From a bacterium (GTDB taxonomy: Bacteria > Auribacterota > UBA3054), in the NCBI GenBank assembly GCA_017963805.1, contig JAGCTE010000037.1, positions 30,074-94,073 of the forward strand: a DNA stretch of 64,000 nt. Reading direction: 5' to 3'. The notes below the pieces were generated by a model. It was not told the DNA's origin. It did no database searches and saw only the letters and a list, made by a program, of their open reading frames with translations. Positions 8,081-18,439 of this stretch are shown here, piece by piece. The position numbers and the translations under genes were made by a program. Positions within the stretch are counted from its first letter, which is position 1. Each line of letters opens with the position of its first letter.

Positions 8081-11000
8081 ATGAAAAGATCATTCCTGCT
8101 TTTAATTTTCGCCGCGCTGACGCTGGCAGCCTGGGAGCGCGTCATAGACATTTCGCCGCGTGACACGCTTAAAGGCGACATCAGCGGAAACCAGGACGCC
8201 GATTTCGTCGACAATGTGAAAGCGCTCCGAATGGGGGACAAGCTCGTCATCAAGACTTCCTCGACGACCGCTCTCACGGGCACGGTCTCCTATTGCTACA
8301 TGGACGTCAACTTCGTGGAAGTGAGGGCGGGCTTCCTTGACGACAGGCTCGGCCATTTCCGCATGACCTGGGACGACGACGCAATGATGGGCAGAGTTTA
8401 CGATGCCCTTAAGCCGGAAAGCTACGATCTTTTGAAAAGATTCGGCAGACATCCCCTCAACATTGACTGCATGGACGTCGCCGCTTTCAAGAAAAAATAT
8501 CCCCTGAAGTGCGGCGTCAACGAAGGGGACGCCGAAATACACGCCTCCGCGGTCGACCAGAAGGACGATCCCAAGATCTGGGACGACGACGTCATGACGA
8601 CGCAGACCTTCCTCGTCATCTACACGAAGAACGCCAGCAAGAAATACGCGGAGCGCGGCGGCATAAACAATTTGATCGCCCAGGGCCTGGCGCTCGGAAA
8701 CCTCAGTTTGGAAAACAGCGGCGTGCCGACGAGGCTGGTGCTTGCCCACAGCGAAGCGGTGGATTACGTCAGCACCGGCAACGGAAGCACGGATCTCAGC
8801 GCTTTCGGCAGCAACAGGGGGCCTTTTAGCAACGTGAAATATCTGCAGTGCCACTACGGCGCCGACGTAAGGTCCATCGTTCCGGAAAACAGCAACTACG
8901 GCGGCCTGGCTTACGTGGCCTCCACGGCTTCCGGCATCAGCGACAGGGATCCCGCGCACATGATCAACGTGGACTACATGAGTTGGCACAGCTGGATCCA
9001 CGAGATCGGCCACAACATGGGCGGCCAGCACGCCATCGAGCAAAGCTACAGCGCCGGGCCTTCCAACGGCGGCCTTTTCGGGCATTCCGTCGGCAGCTTT
9101 TACACTTTGCGCGGCGACGACTCATATGGCAGCATCATGGCCTACGCCGGGCACAGGACGGACAATTTTTCGGACACCAACGCCTTCATAGAGAGTGTTC
9201 CTTTGGGCGTGGACGGCAGGCGCAACGTGGCCCGCACCTGGAAGAAGATCAGGAAATACGCCGCCAATTACCACGCCTTGGCCAAGCCTTCCAGAATACT
9301 GGCGGAGGAAAGCTTCCTGTACAAGCTTGACGATAGCCTTATGTGGCAGGAAGGCGGGACAGGCTGGTTCGAGCCCTGGTGGACCTGCTCCAACAAGGTC
9401 TACCAGATCTGTGGCGGCTTAAGCTATCCCGGGCTGCATTCCAGCGGCAGCGCCGTTATGATGGACGCCTGGACAAGCAACGCCATCTGGCGCTGCGGCG
9501 GCGACTATGAGCGGCGCGTTCCTTTCAACAAAGGCGGCAAATCAACTTTCTGGTTCTCCTGCCTTGTGAGCCGTCAGAACGACGACGACAATTATTTCGG
9601 CGTAGGCCTCGGCTCAAGGATCAGGATCGCGAAGAACGCCGGGACCGATCTTATCTACCTTAACAGCGCCGCGACCGGCCGCGCATTGGAGCCTTTTTCA
9701 ACCAACCTTTTCGTGGCGAAAGTCGATCTGTATCTCAACAAGGTATATTTCTGGATGGATCCCGCCCTTGATGCCGAACCGCAGCCCGATTCGGCTGACG
9801 CCAACGTTGCTTACAACATGACCGGCATCGCTTCCAACCGGGTGGTCATCGAAGGCAGGAAGGGAGCGAAGTTCATCGTTGACGAAGTCAGGCTCGGCAA
9901 AAGCTGGGAGGACGTGCTTATAAAACAGCATCCCCAGGATCCTTTGCTCGAGGAACGGGAGAATTCCCTTTGTTTCTCCTTTCTTGCCGCCGCCGGGGAA
10001 TACGACGTTTACAGAAGCGAAACGAAAGATTTTTCCGGCAGGACATATTTAAATACTGTTTCAACGGAAGGCGGAAGAGTTGTCCTTGACGACGACACGG
10101 CGGAAACGGGCAAGGTCTATTACTACATGGCCGCTCCTACAGACTCCGCGGAGGAAAGGCTTTTCACCATGCCGGTATCAGGGCTGCTCGGAAATCTAAA
10201 TCAGAGCGCGGACGCCGGCGGGCCTTACGTCGTTGGGCAGGGCGAGACCAACTATTTCGACGCCTCCGCATCCAAAGGCTGGATGCCGGCCTTCCGGTGG
10301 CAGCTTAGGGGAGTGCAGTCTCAGATGAAGACCAACAACATGGTCTACGCCTACACCGACACTTATGAACCCGGAACTTACGACGTGACTTTGATCATGC
10401 GCGACAGAAGGCGCCCTTACGACGGGGTTGTGACGAATTACACGACGCTTACCATAACAAACTCTTACCCGAAACTCAATGTCGCCCTGATCAACGGGAG
10501 TCTTATGGCGGGAAGGCCGCTCACTTTCCAGGCTTTCCCAAGCGACCCTGGCACCAACGACACATTCCTAGTCCGCTGGCGCCCCGAAGTGGACGGGGAA
10601 TGGACGGAATGGACTTCCGGCCTTTACTTTGTGCACCAATACCAGACTTCCGGCGAAAAGGTCCTGAAGTGCCAGGTCAGGGACAATTACGGAGCGGTGA
10701 CGGAAAAGGACTTGGATCTCGCTCTTGCCGAAGCCAGATCCATTCCCAGTTTCCCGACGAACGTTATCGTACCCGCTGGTTCGGACAGGGTCGGGCTTGA
10801 AATGAAAAATTTCGGGACTCTTCCTTACGATTATTCCGTGGCCGTTCCGGAAGAACAGCCTCTTTCGGTGGGGCCAATATCCGGCAGCGTCGGGCCTGAC
10901 GGCAGGACGTTGCTCGTAAAGGTCGATCCCGCCGCTCTTGGCAAGGCGGCGGAATACCGGTTCACTCTTACGGCCGACGGCAAAGAAGAGATCGTTAATG

Positions 11001-12628
11001 TCAGGACCCTGTCTTCCGACGCTTATCCTTTGCTGGCGCAGAGCGGCAATTTCACGCTCAACGAAGGCGACGTCCTCCGCCTCAACAACTTCGGCTCCAC
11101 GCCGGGCTATTCTTACAAATGGCTCCTCGACGGGGAGGAAGCGGCGGAAGGAGGCGTTTCCGAGATCGTTTCGGGAACCGACGGCGGAACGCATGTCTTG
11201 ACGCTCGCGGCCTATGACGGCGAGAACAGGCTTGCGGGCAGTTTGGAGACCAACGTCTTCGTTAATCCGCTCGTTTCGAGAGTCTATCTTGAGGAAGTTT
11301 CCCGCACGGAAAGAAGCGTGCGCTTAAGACCTGTTCTGGCGCCTTACAAAGAGGGGACGTCCATCAGGTTCAACTGGGACGAAGACATGGGCTGGACCAC
11401 CTGGCAGGCTGTTACCCCCGATTCGGAATTCGAACATGAATTCAGCGGCGGGGGAGACCGCCATATCCACTGCGAGATAAACCAGCGCGGGAGCGTGAAC
11501 GGCTCCTCTTTCATGTTCAGGCCGGAATTCAAGTTTGATCCCAAGCCTAAGATCAACGGAAGCGAAGACGCTTTCATAACGCTCTCGGCGGGCGAAAGCA
11601 TAGAGTTTGAAGGGGACGCTACCCTTGGGAATTACTGGCGCGAGGATCCCATGAATCCGGACGTCGGACTGATAGCCGACAAACTTGCCGCCGTCACCGC
11701 CTGCGGGCCCTTTGAGAAAGCCGGAACTTACTATTTCGCCTACTATGCTGGGAACGGCGAAGCGATCTCCGCTCCGAAAGTCCTTACGGTGGAAGTCGGG
11801 CTTCCTTCAAGGGAACTCGTTTCCTGGGACCTCAACGGCACGGTCACGACCAACACCATGTTCGGCTCCGGCCCCCTGGGAGGCTGCGCTCTTGCCGTTT
11901 CCACGGGGAACGAGATATACTGGATCACCAACAGCGCCTACGGTTCTTTTTCTTTCCCGAGCTTTTCCGGCGGAGACGCTCTAACGCTTAACATCACCCA
12001 TCCGGACCATTCTCCCTGCCTTACCAACATAAACGCGAACACGGGCTGCGCTTTCGCGTTGGAAAGGAGCTCCTCTTTCGGGTATCTCTATTTCAACTGC
12101 GTGGGAGAGCGTTCCAACCTTCCTTTGGAAGGCGTCGCGATAACCGTGGCCGGGCAGAAAGTGTTCACAAACAGCAAGGGGCGCTCGGCGGCCCTGGCGC
12201 TGCCCTTGGGCGATTATCTCGCGGAATTGAATTACCCCGGCATGGACCGCGTCATAACCAACGCGACGGTCGGTTCCAAGCCGGCAACGATCTCTGTTGC
12301 CATGAAAGGGCGTCAGTACGCGCTTTCCGGCATCGCTTACGGGACCGGAAACGAGATCGTGACGAACGCGCAGCTCCAGGTCCTCTCCAAGGAGACCATG
12401 AACATAGCCAAGCGCTACAATCTCGACGGCGCGCCGTTCTACGACGTGATCCTTGGCGAGACCTTAACGACGCTGCGCTTCCGCCCCTATGCATACGACA
12501 ATTTGAACATCGACATACAGCTTGAAAACAACTGGCACAAAGACACGGTTTTGACGCCGGAACCTTTATTGGCGCCGCTCCTCCTTTTTGCCATAGGCCT
12601 TATATATTTGAGAAACAAAAAAAGGTAA
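8081..12628 (+). CDS. Giant secreted metzincin-like / LamG-like / PKD-repeat protein with PEP-CTERM tail (paralog A, 1515 aa)
   Basis: - Signal peptide MKRSFLLLIFAALTLAAW.
- Exact HExxHxxGxxH zinc site (HEIGHNMGGQH), followed by YGSIMAY.
- LamG-like block ending VDEVRLGKSWEDV.
- PKD/Ig-like repeats (RWRPEVDGEWTEWTSGLYFVHQYQTSGEKVLKCQVRDNYGAVTE).
- C-terminal CarboxypepD_reg-like sandwiches.
- PEP-CTERM terminus. Confidence 0.7.
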   Translation: MKRSFLLLIFAALTLAAWERVIDISPRDTLKGDISGNQDADFVDNVKALRMGDKLVIKTSSTTALTGTVSYCYMDVNFVEVRAGFLDDRLGHFRMTWDDDAMMGRVYDALKPESYDLLKRFGRHPLNIDCMDVAAFKKKYPLKCGVNEGDAEIHASAVDQKDDPKIWDDDVMTTQTFLVIYTKNASKKYAERGGINNLIAQGLALGNLSLENSGVPTRLVLAHSEAVDYVSTGNGSTDLSAFGSNRGPFSNVKYLQCHYGADVRSIVPENSNYGGLAYVASTASGISDRDPAHMINVDYMSWHSWIHEIGHNMGGQHAIEQSYSAGPSNGGLFGHSVGSFYTLRGDDSYGSIMAYAGHRTDNFSDTNAFIESVPLGVDGRRNVARTWKKIRKYAANYHALAKPSRILAEESFLYKLDDSLMWQEGGTGWFEPWWTCSNKVYQICGGLSYPGLHSSGSAVMMDAWTSNAIWRCGGDYERRVPFNKGGKSTFWFSCLVSRQNDDDNYFGVGLGSRIRIAKNAGTDLIYLNSAATGRALEPFSTNLFVAKVDLYLNKVYFWMDPALDAEPQPDSADANVAYNMTGIASNRVVIEGRKGAKFIVDEVRLGKSWEDVLIKQHPQDPLLEERENSLCFSFLAAAGEYDVYRSETKDFSGRTYLNTVSTEGGRVVLDDDTAETGKVYYYMAAPTDSAEERLFTMPVSGLLGNLNQSADAGGPYVVGQGETNYFDASASKGWMPAFRWQLRGVQSQMKTNNMVYAYTDTYEPGTYDVTLIMRDRRRPYDGVVTNYTTLTITNSYPKLNVALINGSLMAGRPLTFQAFPSDPGTNDTFLVRWRPEVDGEWTEWTSGLYFVHQYQTSGEKVLKCQVRDNYGAVTEKDLDLALAEARSIPSFPTNVIVPAGSDRVGLEMKNFGTLPYDYSVAVPEEQPLSVGPISGSVGPDGRTLLVKVDPAALGKAAEYRFTLTADGKEEIVNVRTLSSDAYPLLAQSGNFTLNEGDVLRLNNFGSTPGYSYKWLLDGEEAAEGGVSEIVSGTDGGTHVLTLAAYDGENRLAGSLETNVFVNPLVSRVYLEEVSRTERSVRLRPVLAPYKEGTSIRFNWDEDMGWTTWQAVTPDSEFEHEFSGGGDRHIHCEINQRGSVNGSSFMFRPEFKFDPKPKINGSEDAFITLSAGESIEFEGDATLGNYWREDPMNPDVGLIADKLAAVTACGPFEKAGTYYFAYYAGNGEAISAPKVLTVEVGLPSRELVSWDLNGTVTTNTMFGSGPLGGCALAVSTGNEIYWITNSAYGSFSFPSFSGGDALTLNITHPDHSPCLTNINANTGCAFALERSSSFGYLYFNCVGERSNLPLEGVAITVAGQKVFTNSKGRSAALALPLGDYLAELNYPGMDRVITNATVGSKPATISVAMKGRQYALSGIAYGTGNEIVTNAQLQVLSKETMNIAKRYNLDGAPFYDVILGETLTTLRFRPYAYDNLNIDIQLENNWHKDTVLTPEPLLAPLLLFAIGLIYLRNKKR
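8999..9031 (+). other. Zinc-binding consensus HEIGHNMGGQH (paralog A, residues 307-317)
   Basis: Read directly from the DNA: cac gag atc ggc cac aac atg ggc ggc cag cac, in frame with 8081. Confidence 0.75.
12554..12625 (+). other. PEP-CTERM sorting signal of paralog A
   Basis: The terminal sequence TPEPLLAPLLLFAIGLIYLRNKKR has the PEP motif, a hydrophobic helix and a basic tail. Confidence 0.7.
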
Positions 12629-12632
12629 CATT

Positions 12633-15600
12633 ATGAAAAAACTCCTCCTGCTCACGGTCCTTATCGCTTGCTCTGCTTACTCAACTCCGCCTGAAAGCGA
12701 GAAAGGTCTCCTGGTGGTGGACTTCGAATCCGCCAGCGCGGCCAAGATCATGGGAACCGACGTCACGAAACTTCAGGACCCGGATTTTCCCGAACAGGTC
12801 AAAGCCCTGAAGTACAGGGATCAGATCATCTTCAAGACCGCCGAGGGGATTTTCACCGGCACGGTGGGCGTGGCTTACCGCGACGTCAACATGGTGGAAG
12901 TGAGAGCGGGCTATTTTCAGCCCCGCAACAACGGCTACAGGGAGATCTTCCACTTCACCTATGACCAGGACGCCCTGGTCGGCTGGATGGAGTACACCTA
13001 CGCGGCCAAGGAATACAACATCCTCTACACCAAGGCCAGCGGAAAACTGACGGCCTACAGCGAGGAGAGCCGCATGAAGCATTTCCGCTGCGGCAACGAG
13101 GACGGCGCGGCCCTCAGCGAGATGACGGAAGAGCAGAAGGCTGAGATCCACGCGAACTTTAACGTTCCGCAGCCGGCCACTTTCTACACCAACATCTGGG
13201 AAGTGCCGGAATACGTGACGCAGAATTACCTCATCTGCTATACCAAGGACGCCTACGAGTATTCCAAAAGGAAAGGCGGCATCAACCACCTCATGGCGCA
13301 CGGCATCGTCCACGGGACCTTGCTGCTTAGCAACAGCAATATCAAAGCCTGTCTGAGGCTGGGACACTCGCAGCTGCTTACGGATTATCCTGACAACCAC
13401 AATTCCGGCAAGAGCCTCGGCGACTTCAACGGCTACAGGAACGGCTGCCAGGACGCTTACGACATGCGCTGCCGCTACGGATGCGACATGGGTTCTATCG
13501 GCATCAAGCACGCCACCTACACCGGCCTTGCCAACGTCAACTATTCCATTACCGGCTCCGAATCCATTCCTTTCAACTGCATGGACTCCGACTTTTTGGG
13601 CGGCACCGGCTGGTGCCATGAGGACGGCCACACCATGGGCGGCCGCCACTACATCGACACCTACGCGGAAAACAACAGGAACAGCCTTTTCGACCATAGT
13701 TTCGGCTGTCACAACACTCCTCCCGGGGCGCCCAGGGAATACGGATCCGTCATGGCCCGTTCCGCCGGCCTTTTCAACTACTATTCTTCCACGAACATCT
13801 ACTATGACGGCGTGCCCATTTCCACCAACGCCAAATGCCGCGTGGCCGACACCTGGACGAAGATCAGGCGCTACGCCGCCAGGTACCGCTGCACTCCCGT
13901 CATTCCCGATGTGGATGGTTTGATCTGCAACGAAGAGTTCGAGTATCCAAGCGGCATGGGACTTATGTGGCAGGAAGGCGGCGAAGGCTTCTGCACGCCG
14001 TGGGAGAACAGCAACACCAACATTTTCCAGACCGTTTCCGACACCATGGAAAGACCGGGCTTCCACAGGGGCGGGGTGCTGAGGATCAACAACAACAACG
14101 CTGGCTCCGAATCGGTCAGGCGCTTTATTTTCTGGGGGCATAACATCAACGGCGACTATCACTACAGCAGGACTAATTTCTGGCTGAGGAGCACCCTGAA
14201 CATAAAGAATGAGAATTTGTTCTACATTTATTTGGGCAGTTTACCCATTCGATTCGGCGATGGCAGGATCAGGATCATAAACGGAAACACCGGCTTGACG
14301 TATGAATACGACAAGACTTTCAGCGTCCTGGTTCATTTCGAGATGGGTCCTGAGGACACCACGGTCAGCATTTGGAAAGATTACGCTGGAGAAAGCGCCC
14401 CGGATCCTTCCAGCGCCGGCTTTACCCTGGAAGTCAGCAACACCACTTATTTCGGCAACTACCGTTATCTCACGCTTTATTCCATGAACAACTTCCAGGG
14501 CGAACTGGATGATCTGAGGATGGGCTTCACTTACGAATCCCTTAATCCTCCTGAAAGGCCCATGGGCTTTACAATCGTTCCCGGAGGCTACACCAACGAT
14601 TACATCAGGATGGTCTGGCGCAACGTCACCGAGCCCGAAAGTTTCGAGATCTTGAGATCCACTGTCAACGACCTCGACACGGCGGTCTCCATAGCCACAT
14701 TAGAAGGCGGCACAGCCGGTTTCAAAGACGTTAACGTGGACGGCGGCGTCACGTATTACTACTGGCTGAGAGCCAATTATTCCGACCACGTCTTCACGAC
14801 GCTCGTGAGAAAAGGCGTCGCCGGCATTCCCGTCGACACGGTGGAAGCCAACGGCGAATACACCGTAGGCCAGGGGCAGATAGCGCACCTCACGGCCAAA
14901 GGCACCACGGGATACCTGCCCATGATCCGCTGGACGGTCGGAGCCTTCGACACGGTCTTCTTGACCAACCACTACGACTATGCCTTCAACGAAAGGATCA
15001 TCATGACGCCGGGCGATTACCCTGTTAAGATCGAAGTAACGGAGCAGGAGATCCAGACCGACATCCTTGAAGACACCACAGTGCTGCACGTCACCAACAG
15101 CTATCCGCACGTGACCTTCGAGTGCGAGACGGAGGAAAAGATGGCCGGCAAGCGTTTGATCTTCCATGCTTATCCCACCGACCCCGGCACCAACGACATC
15201 CTGACCGTCAGGTGGCGCTTCGCTCCCGAAAGCGAATGGAGCTCCTGGACCAACAGTTATTACTTCGCGCACACCTTCGCGGAAGCCGGCAGCTTCAAAG
15301 TAGAGTGCGAAGTCAAGGACGACTATGATGCGGTGACAAGAGAGGAGAGCACCATCGTGATCTCCGGCTCCAGCGCCATTCCTTTCTTCTCCAACAAGCT
15401 CACCATGAGCAACGGTCATTCGGCGGTCCTTGTTTTGGGCAACAAAGGCTCTTTGCCTTACGACTTCGAGATCGAGCCGCAAAGCACCCTTATTGGCGCT
15501 TATCCTTCACAGGGAACGGTCGGCGGCGAAGGCTCATATCAAACGATCCTTCTGACTTATGAGCACGACAAGACCAACGGCACAGCGGGCAGCTTTACCG

Positions 15601-17264
15601 TCAGGGTGAAAATAGGCGGCGAAAGTTACGACGTGAGATTGAACATTCCTTTCTCTCCCTGCCAGCTGACTTATCAGGGTCCCTTTTTGATCACGGGCGG
15701 ATACGAGGCGACTTTCTCGGATCTCGGCAGCCAGCCGGGCTACGTCCTGCGCTGGCTCATTGACGGCGAAGAGATCGGAGCAGCGCAGAAGGGTATGCTG
15801 CTCTCAGCCGCGCTTGACCTTAGCGAAGGCGAGCATGAGATCGTGACTCAGGCCATAAAGGAGACCGGAGACGTGGCGGCCTCCGTCACCAACACTATTT
15901 CCGCCCTGACGATCGATCCCGAAGTCTTCCTGGAAGAGATCAAAAGAGAGGGGACGACCGTCACGTATTCGCCCAGAACAGTCCTGCACGATCAAGGGGA
16001 AGCGGAAGTGCGCTTCAATTGGGACGAGGGCGTCGGCTGGACAGTCTGGCAGGCTCCTTCCGAGGTCACCCATACCTTCAAAGCCGACAGATCTTATCTG
16101 GTCCAGTGCCAAATCAGAGCCTACGGCAAAGAGAACGGCACCTCCACCCGCTTCGATCCTGTCGAAACGCTGAAGGCCGAGGCCAGCTTCGAGAACGGCG
16201 AAAAGGATCATTCCATCTCCCTTGGCGGCTCAGTGACCTTAAAAGCTGAAAAGGAGGGGGAAGCCGACATCGTTTGGAGAGAGAATTTCTCCAACCCGCA
16301 GCTCGGGCTCATAGAGGACCAATCAGCCTCCTCCTTCTCAGTGACGCCTGAAAAGCCGGGCCTTTACTGCTTCCTCTGCTACGCTCAGAACGATCGCGCC
16401 GTCAGTGCGCCTTCCGTCCTCACGCTCCGCGTCGATATGGCCGCGGAACCGAGCGACTTTTACGGCTCTCTTGCCGGCGTGGTCATAACCAACACCGTTT
16501 ACGGCTGCGACACCACGGGGGAATGCGTTTTGAGAGCGGTTGGCAAAAATTACTCCCTTGCCGTCTCCAACGAAGTGGACGGCACCTTTATCCTGGAAGG
16601 TCTGCCTTACGGCGAAGTGAAGCTTAGCCTTTCCAGCGACCGCTATGCCGGAGTCGTCTATGAGACCGTGATCACGAACGCGTCGCAAGTGGTGACAATG
16701 GTGGCGGAAGATCTTACGGGCAGCGGCATCGTTTACGCCCAGGTGTCCGACAAACGCTCCAAACTGCCCGTAAAGGGCGCTCTTGTTGCGGCAGGGTCGA
16801 AGACAGGCGTGACCACCGACAAGGGCCGTTCCACGGCTCTGACGCTGCCCTACGGCCAATATGTCATGACAGTTGAGATCCCGGGGCGCGACATCGTCGT
16901 TACCAACATCTCTCCTGACGTCAAAGCCAAGACCTTTGACGTCGTGAGCGAGGGATACTCTCCGTTTGTCCACGGCTTCCTTTACGGCACCGGCGGCGAG
17001 ACGGTAAGCTCCGGCACCATCCAGGTGCTTTCGGACATTACCAAGAACATCGTGGATCGCCACGCCATGAACGGATTACCGTTCTATTCCATAGGCCTTA
17101 CTCCTGGTCATCCCGTGACGCTGCGCTACCGCCTTGACAATTACGACAACGAGAACTTCAGCGTCAATTCGGGCAGCATCGTCGAGCACGACGCGATCCT
17201 TACTCCGGAACCGGCTTTAATCGCGCTTATTGCGCTGCTGCTTGCTTTGAAATGGCGAAGATAA
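12633..17264 (+). CDS. Giant secreted metzincin-like / LamG-like / PKD-repeat protein with PEP-CTERM tail (paralog B, 1543 aa)
   Basis: Starts 4 nt after the paralog A stop and is collinear with A and C. The signal peptide MKKLLLLTVLIACSAYS contains a possible lipobox (LIAC). The zinc site is HEDGHTMGGRH, followed by YGSVMAR. It also has a PKD-like repeat (RWRFAPESEWSSWTNSYYFAHTFAEAGSFKVECEVKDDYDAVT) and a terminal TPEPALIALIALLLALKWRR. Confidence 0.7.
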   Translation: MKKLLLLTVLIACSAYSTPPESEKGLLVVDFESASAAKIMGTDVTKLQDPDFPEQVKALKYRDQIIFKTAEGIFTGTVGVAYRDVNMVEVRAGYFQPRNNGYREIFHFTYDQDALVGWMEYTYAAKEYNILYTKASGKLTAYSEESRMKHFRCGNEDGAALSEMTEEQKAEIHANFNVPQPATFYTNIWEVPEYVTQNYLICYTKDAYEYSKRKGGINHLMAHGIVHGTLLLSNSNIKACLRLGHSQLLTDYPDNHNSGKSLGDFNGYRNGCQDAYDMRCRYGCDMGSIGIKHATYTGLANVNYSITGSESIPFNCMDSDFLGGTGWCHEDGHTMGGRHYIDTYAENNRNSLFDHSFGCHNTPPGAPREYGSVMARSAGLFNYYSSTNIYYDGVPISTNAKCRVADTWTKIRRYAARYRCTPVIPDVDGLICNEEFEYPSGMGLMWQEGGEGFCTPWENSNTNIFQTVSDTMERPGFHRGGVLRINNNNAGSESVRRFIFWGHNINGDYHYSRTNFWLRSTLNIKNENLFYIYLGSLPIRFGDGRIRIINGNTGLTYEYDKTFSVLVHFEMGPEDTTVSIWKDYAGESAPDPSSAGFTLEVSNTTYFGNYRYLTLYSMNNFQGELDDLRMGFTYESLNPPERPMGFTIVPGGYTNDYIRMVWRNVTEPESFEILRSTVNDLDTAVSIATLEGGTAGFKDVNVDGGVTYYYWLRANYSDHVFTTLVRKGVAGIPVDTVEANGEYTVGQGQIAHLTAKGTTGYLPMIRWTVGAFDTVFLTNHYDYAFNERIIMTPGDYPVKIEVTEQEIQTDILEDTTVLHVTNSYPHVTFECETEEKMAGKRLIFHAYPTDPGTNDILTVRWRFAPESEWSSWTNSYYFAHTFAEAGSFKVECEVKDDYDAVTREESTIVISGSSAIPFFSNKLTMSNGHSAVLVLGNKGSLPYDFEIEPQSTLIGAYPSQGTVGGEGSYQTILLTYEHDKTNGTAGSFTVRVKIGGESYDVRLNIPFSPCQLTYQGPFLITGGYEATFSDLGSQPGYVLRWLIDGEEIGAAQKGMLLSAALDLSEGEHEIVTQAIKETGDVAASVTNTISALTIDPEVFLEEIKREGTTVTYSPRTVLHDQGEAEVRFNWDEGVGWTVWQAPSEVTHTFKADRSYLVQCQIRAYGKENGTSTRFDPVETLKAEASFENGEKDHSISLGGSVTLKAEKEGEADIVWRENFSNPQLGLIEDQSASSFSVTPEKPGLYCFLCYAQNDRAVSAPSVLTLRVDMAAEPSDFYGSLAGVVITNTVYGCDTTGECVLRAVGKNYSLAVSNEVDGTFILEGLPYGEVKLSLSSDRYAGVVYETVITNASQVVTMVAEDLTGSGIVYAQVSDKRSKLPVKGALVAAGSKTGVTTDKGRSTALTLPYGQYVMTVEIPGRDIVVTNISPDVKAKTFDVVSEGYSPFVHGFLYGTGGETVSSGTIQVLSDITKNIVDRHAMNGLPFYSIGLTPGHPVTLRYRLDNYDNENFSVNSGSIVEHDAILTPEPALIALIALLLALKWRR
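13617..13649 (+). other. Zinc-binding consensus HEDGHTMGGRH (paralog B, residues 329-339)
   Basis: Read directly from the DNA: cat gag gac ggc cac acc atg ggc ggc cgc cac, in frame with 12633. Confidence 0.75.
17202..17261 (+). other. PEP-CTERM sorting signal of paralog B
   Basis: The terminal sequence is TPEPALIALIALLLALKWRR. The start codon of the next gene lies inside the KWRR codons. Confidence 0.7.
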
Positions 17265-18415
17265 ACATTTTCATACTGGCGCTCTTTGTTTCCGGCGCGC
17301 TTTTTGGAGGCGAACTTGACAGCCTCGCCACCTACGGCGAGGTGGAAGAGCATTTTAAAAAGCTTGGCTCCACCAACGCTTTTTACGAGGCGATGAACGT
17401 CATGAAGGCGCGGCATCCTTTCGATTTCTCGCCGGAATACAAAAAGGCGGTGGCGGCGCATTTCGCCGAGATAACAAACATCAACGCGAATGTCAAGCCA
17501 AGCTATCTCTACCGCACGCAGGCGCTGTTTGCCATGGCTTTCGGCCCCAAGAGGCTCTTTGCCAAAGAGCCTGCCGCGCTGAAAAAGAAACTGGACGGGA
17601 AAACGAGCTGGAAGGAGACCTACGCCCCCGTGTGGCTGAAAGTCGCAAAGGATGTGGAATCGCTGCCTTTGCCGGACGGAAGACACTGCGACGTCCTGCG
17701 TCAAAAGAAAGCAGGCGGCAAGGCGCTGCTCTTCTGCCACGGCGGCGGCATGATCCTTCCGCCCATGCTGCAGCACTGGGACTTGGCGCTCTACTTTCTC
17801 AAAAACGGGGAGAGGGATGTCTGGTTCCCGGACTACCCGTTGATCCCGGATACGGACATGTACCGCTCCACCACGACCTGCTTTGAAGCCTACAAGGAGA
17901 TGCTGAAGGTTTACAAGCCCGAGGATATCGCTTTCTTCGGCGATTCCGCCGGCTGCGCGCTTTGCCTTACGGTCTGTTTCAGGGCCAGGGACAACGGTCT
18001 CCCTCTGCCCAGCCGCCTCTTCCTCTTTTCTCCCGCGCACATCGACGTCAGCGAGGAGAACTGCAGGGAGGAGATGGATATCATCGCCCCTCTGGACATC
18101 CTGATACCGTTGCGGCTCATCGACAACTTGAACGTTTTCCTGCGTCCCGGGAAGGAAGCCGCTCACAACGAGTGCGACCCGTACCACGGGGAAATCGAAG
18201 GCTTCCCGCCCATGGACATCTTCACCGGCAGCAAGGAGGTCTTCTCCTCCCACGCCATCCGCTTCTACGAACTGGCGAAAAGGAAGGGGATAGACGCCAC
18301 GCTTAAGATCGGGAGATCGGTCATGCACGACTGGATCCTCATGCCCTTGGGCGAGGAGAGCCTGGAAGTGAGGAGAATGATAGCCGAAAAACTTAAGAAT
18401 GATAAAATTAAATAA
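17252..18415 (+). CDS. Secreted alpha/beta hydrolase, hormone-sensitive-lipase (family IV) type esterase
   Basis: HGGG oxyanion motif (LLFCHGGGMILP) and GDSAG nucleophile elbow (FFGDSAGCAL). Signal peptide MAKINIFILALFVSGALFGGE. 13-nt overlap with the end of paralog B. Confidence 0.75.
   Translation: MAKINIFILALFVSGALFGGELDSLATYGEVEEHFKKLGSTNAFYEAMNVMKARHPFDFSPEYKKAVAAHFAEITNINANVKPSYLYRTQALFAMAFGPKRLFAKEPAALKKKLDGKTSWKETYAPVWLKVAKDVESLPLPDGRHCDVLRQKKAGGKALLFCHGGGMILPPMLQHWDLALYFLKNGERDVWFPDYPLIPDTDMYRSTTTCFEAYKEMLKVYKPEDIAFFGDSAGCALCLTVCFRARDNGLPLPSRLFLFSPAHIDVSEENCREEMDIIAPLDILIPLRLIDNLNVFLRPGKEAAHNECDPYHGEIEGFPPMDIFTGSKEVFSSHAIRFYELAKRKGIDATLKIGRSVMHDWILMPLGEESLEVRRMIAEKLKNDKIK
18400..18408 (+). 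promoter_or_regulatory. Candidate internal extended -10 promoter (TGATAAAAT) ahead of paralog C
   Basis: TGnTAAAAT sits inside the last codons of the esterase gene, ~32 nt upstream of the ATG at 18440. An AT-rich (AAATAAATAAATAA) spacer and an AGGATA RBS follow. Confidence 0.3.
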
Positions 18416-18439
18416 ATAAATAACCACATAGGATAGATC

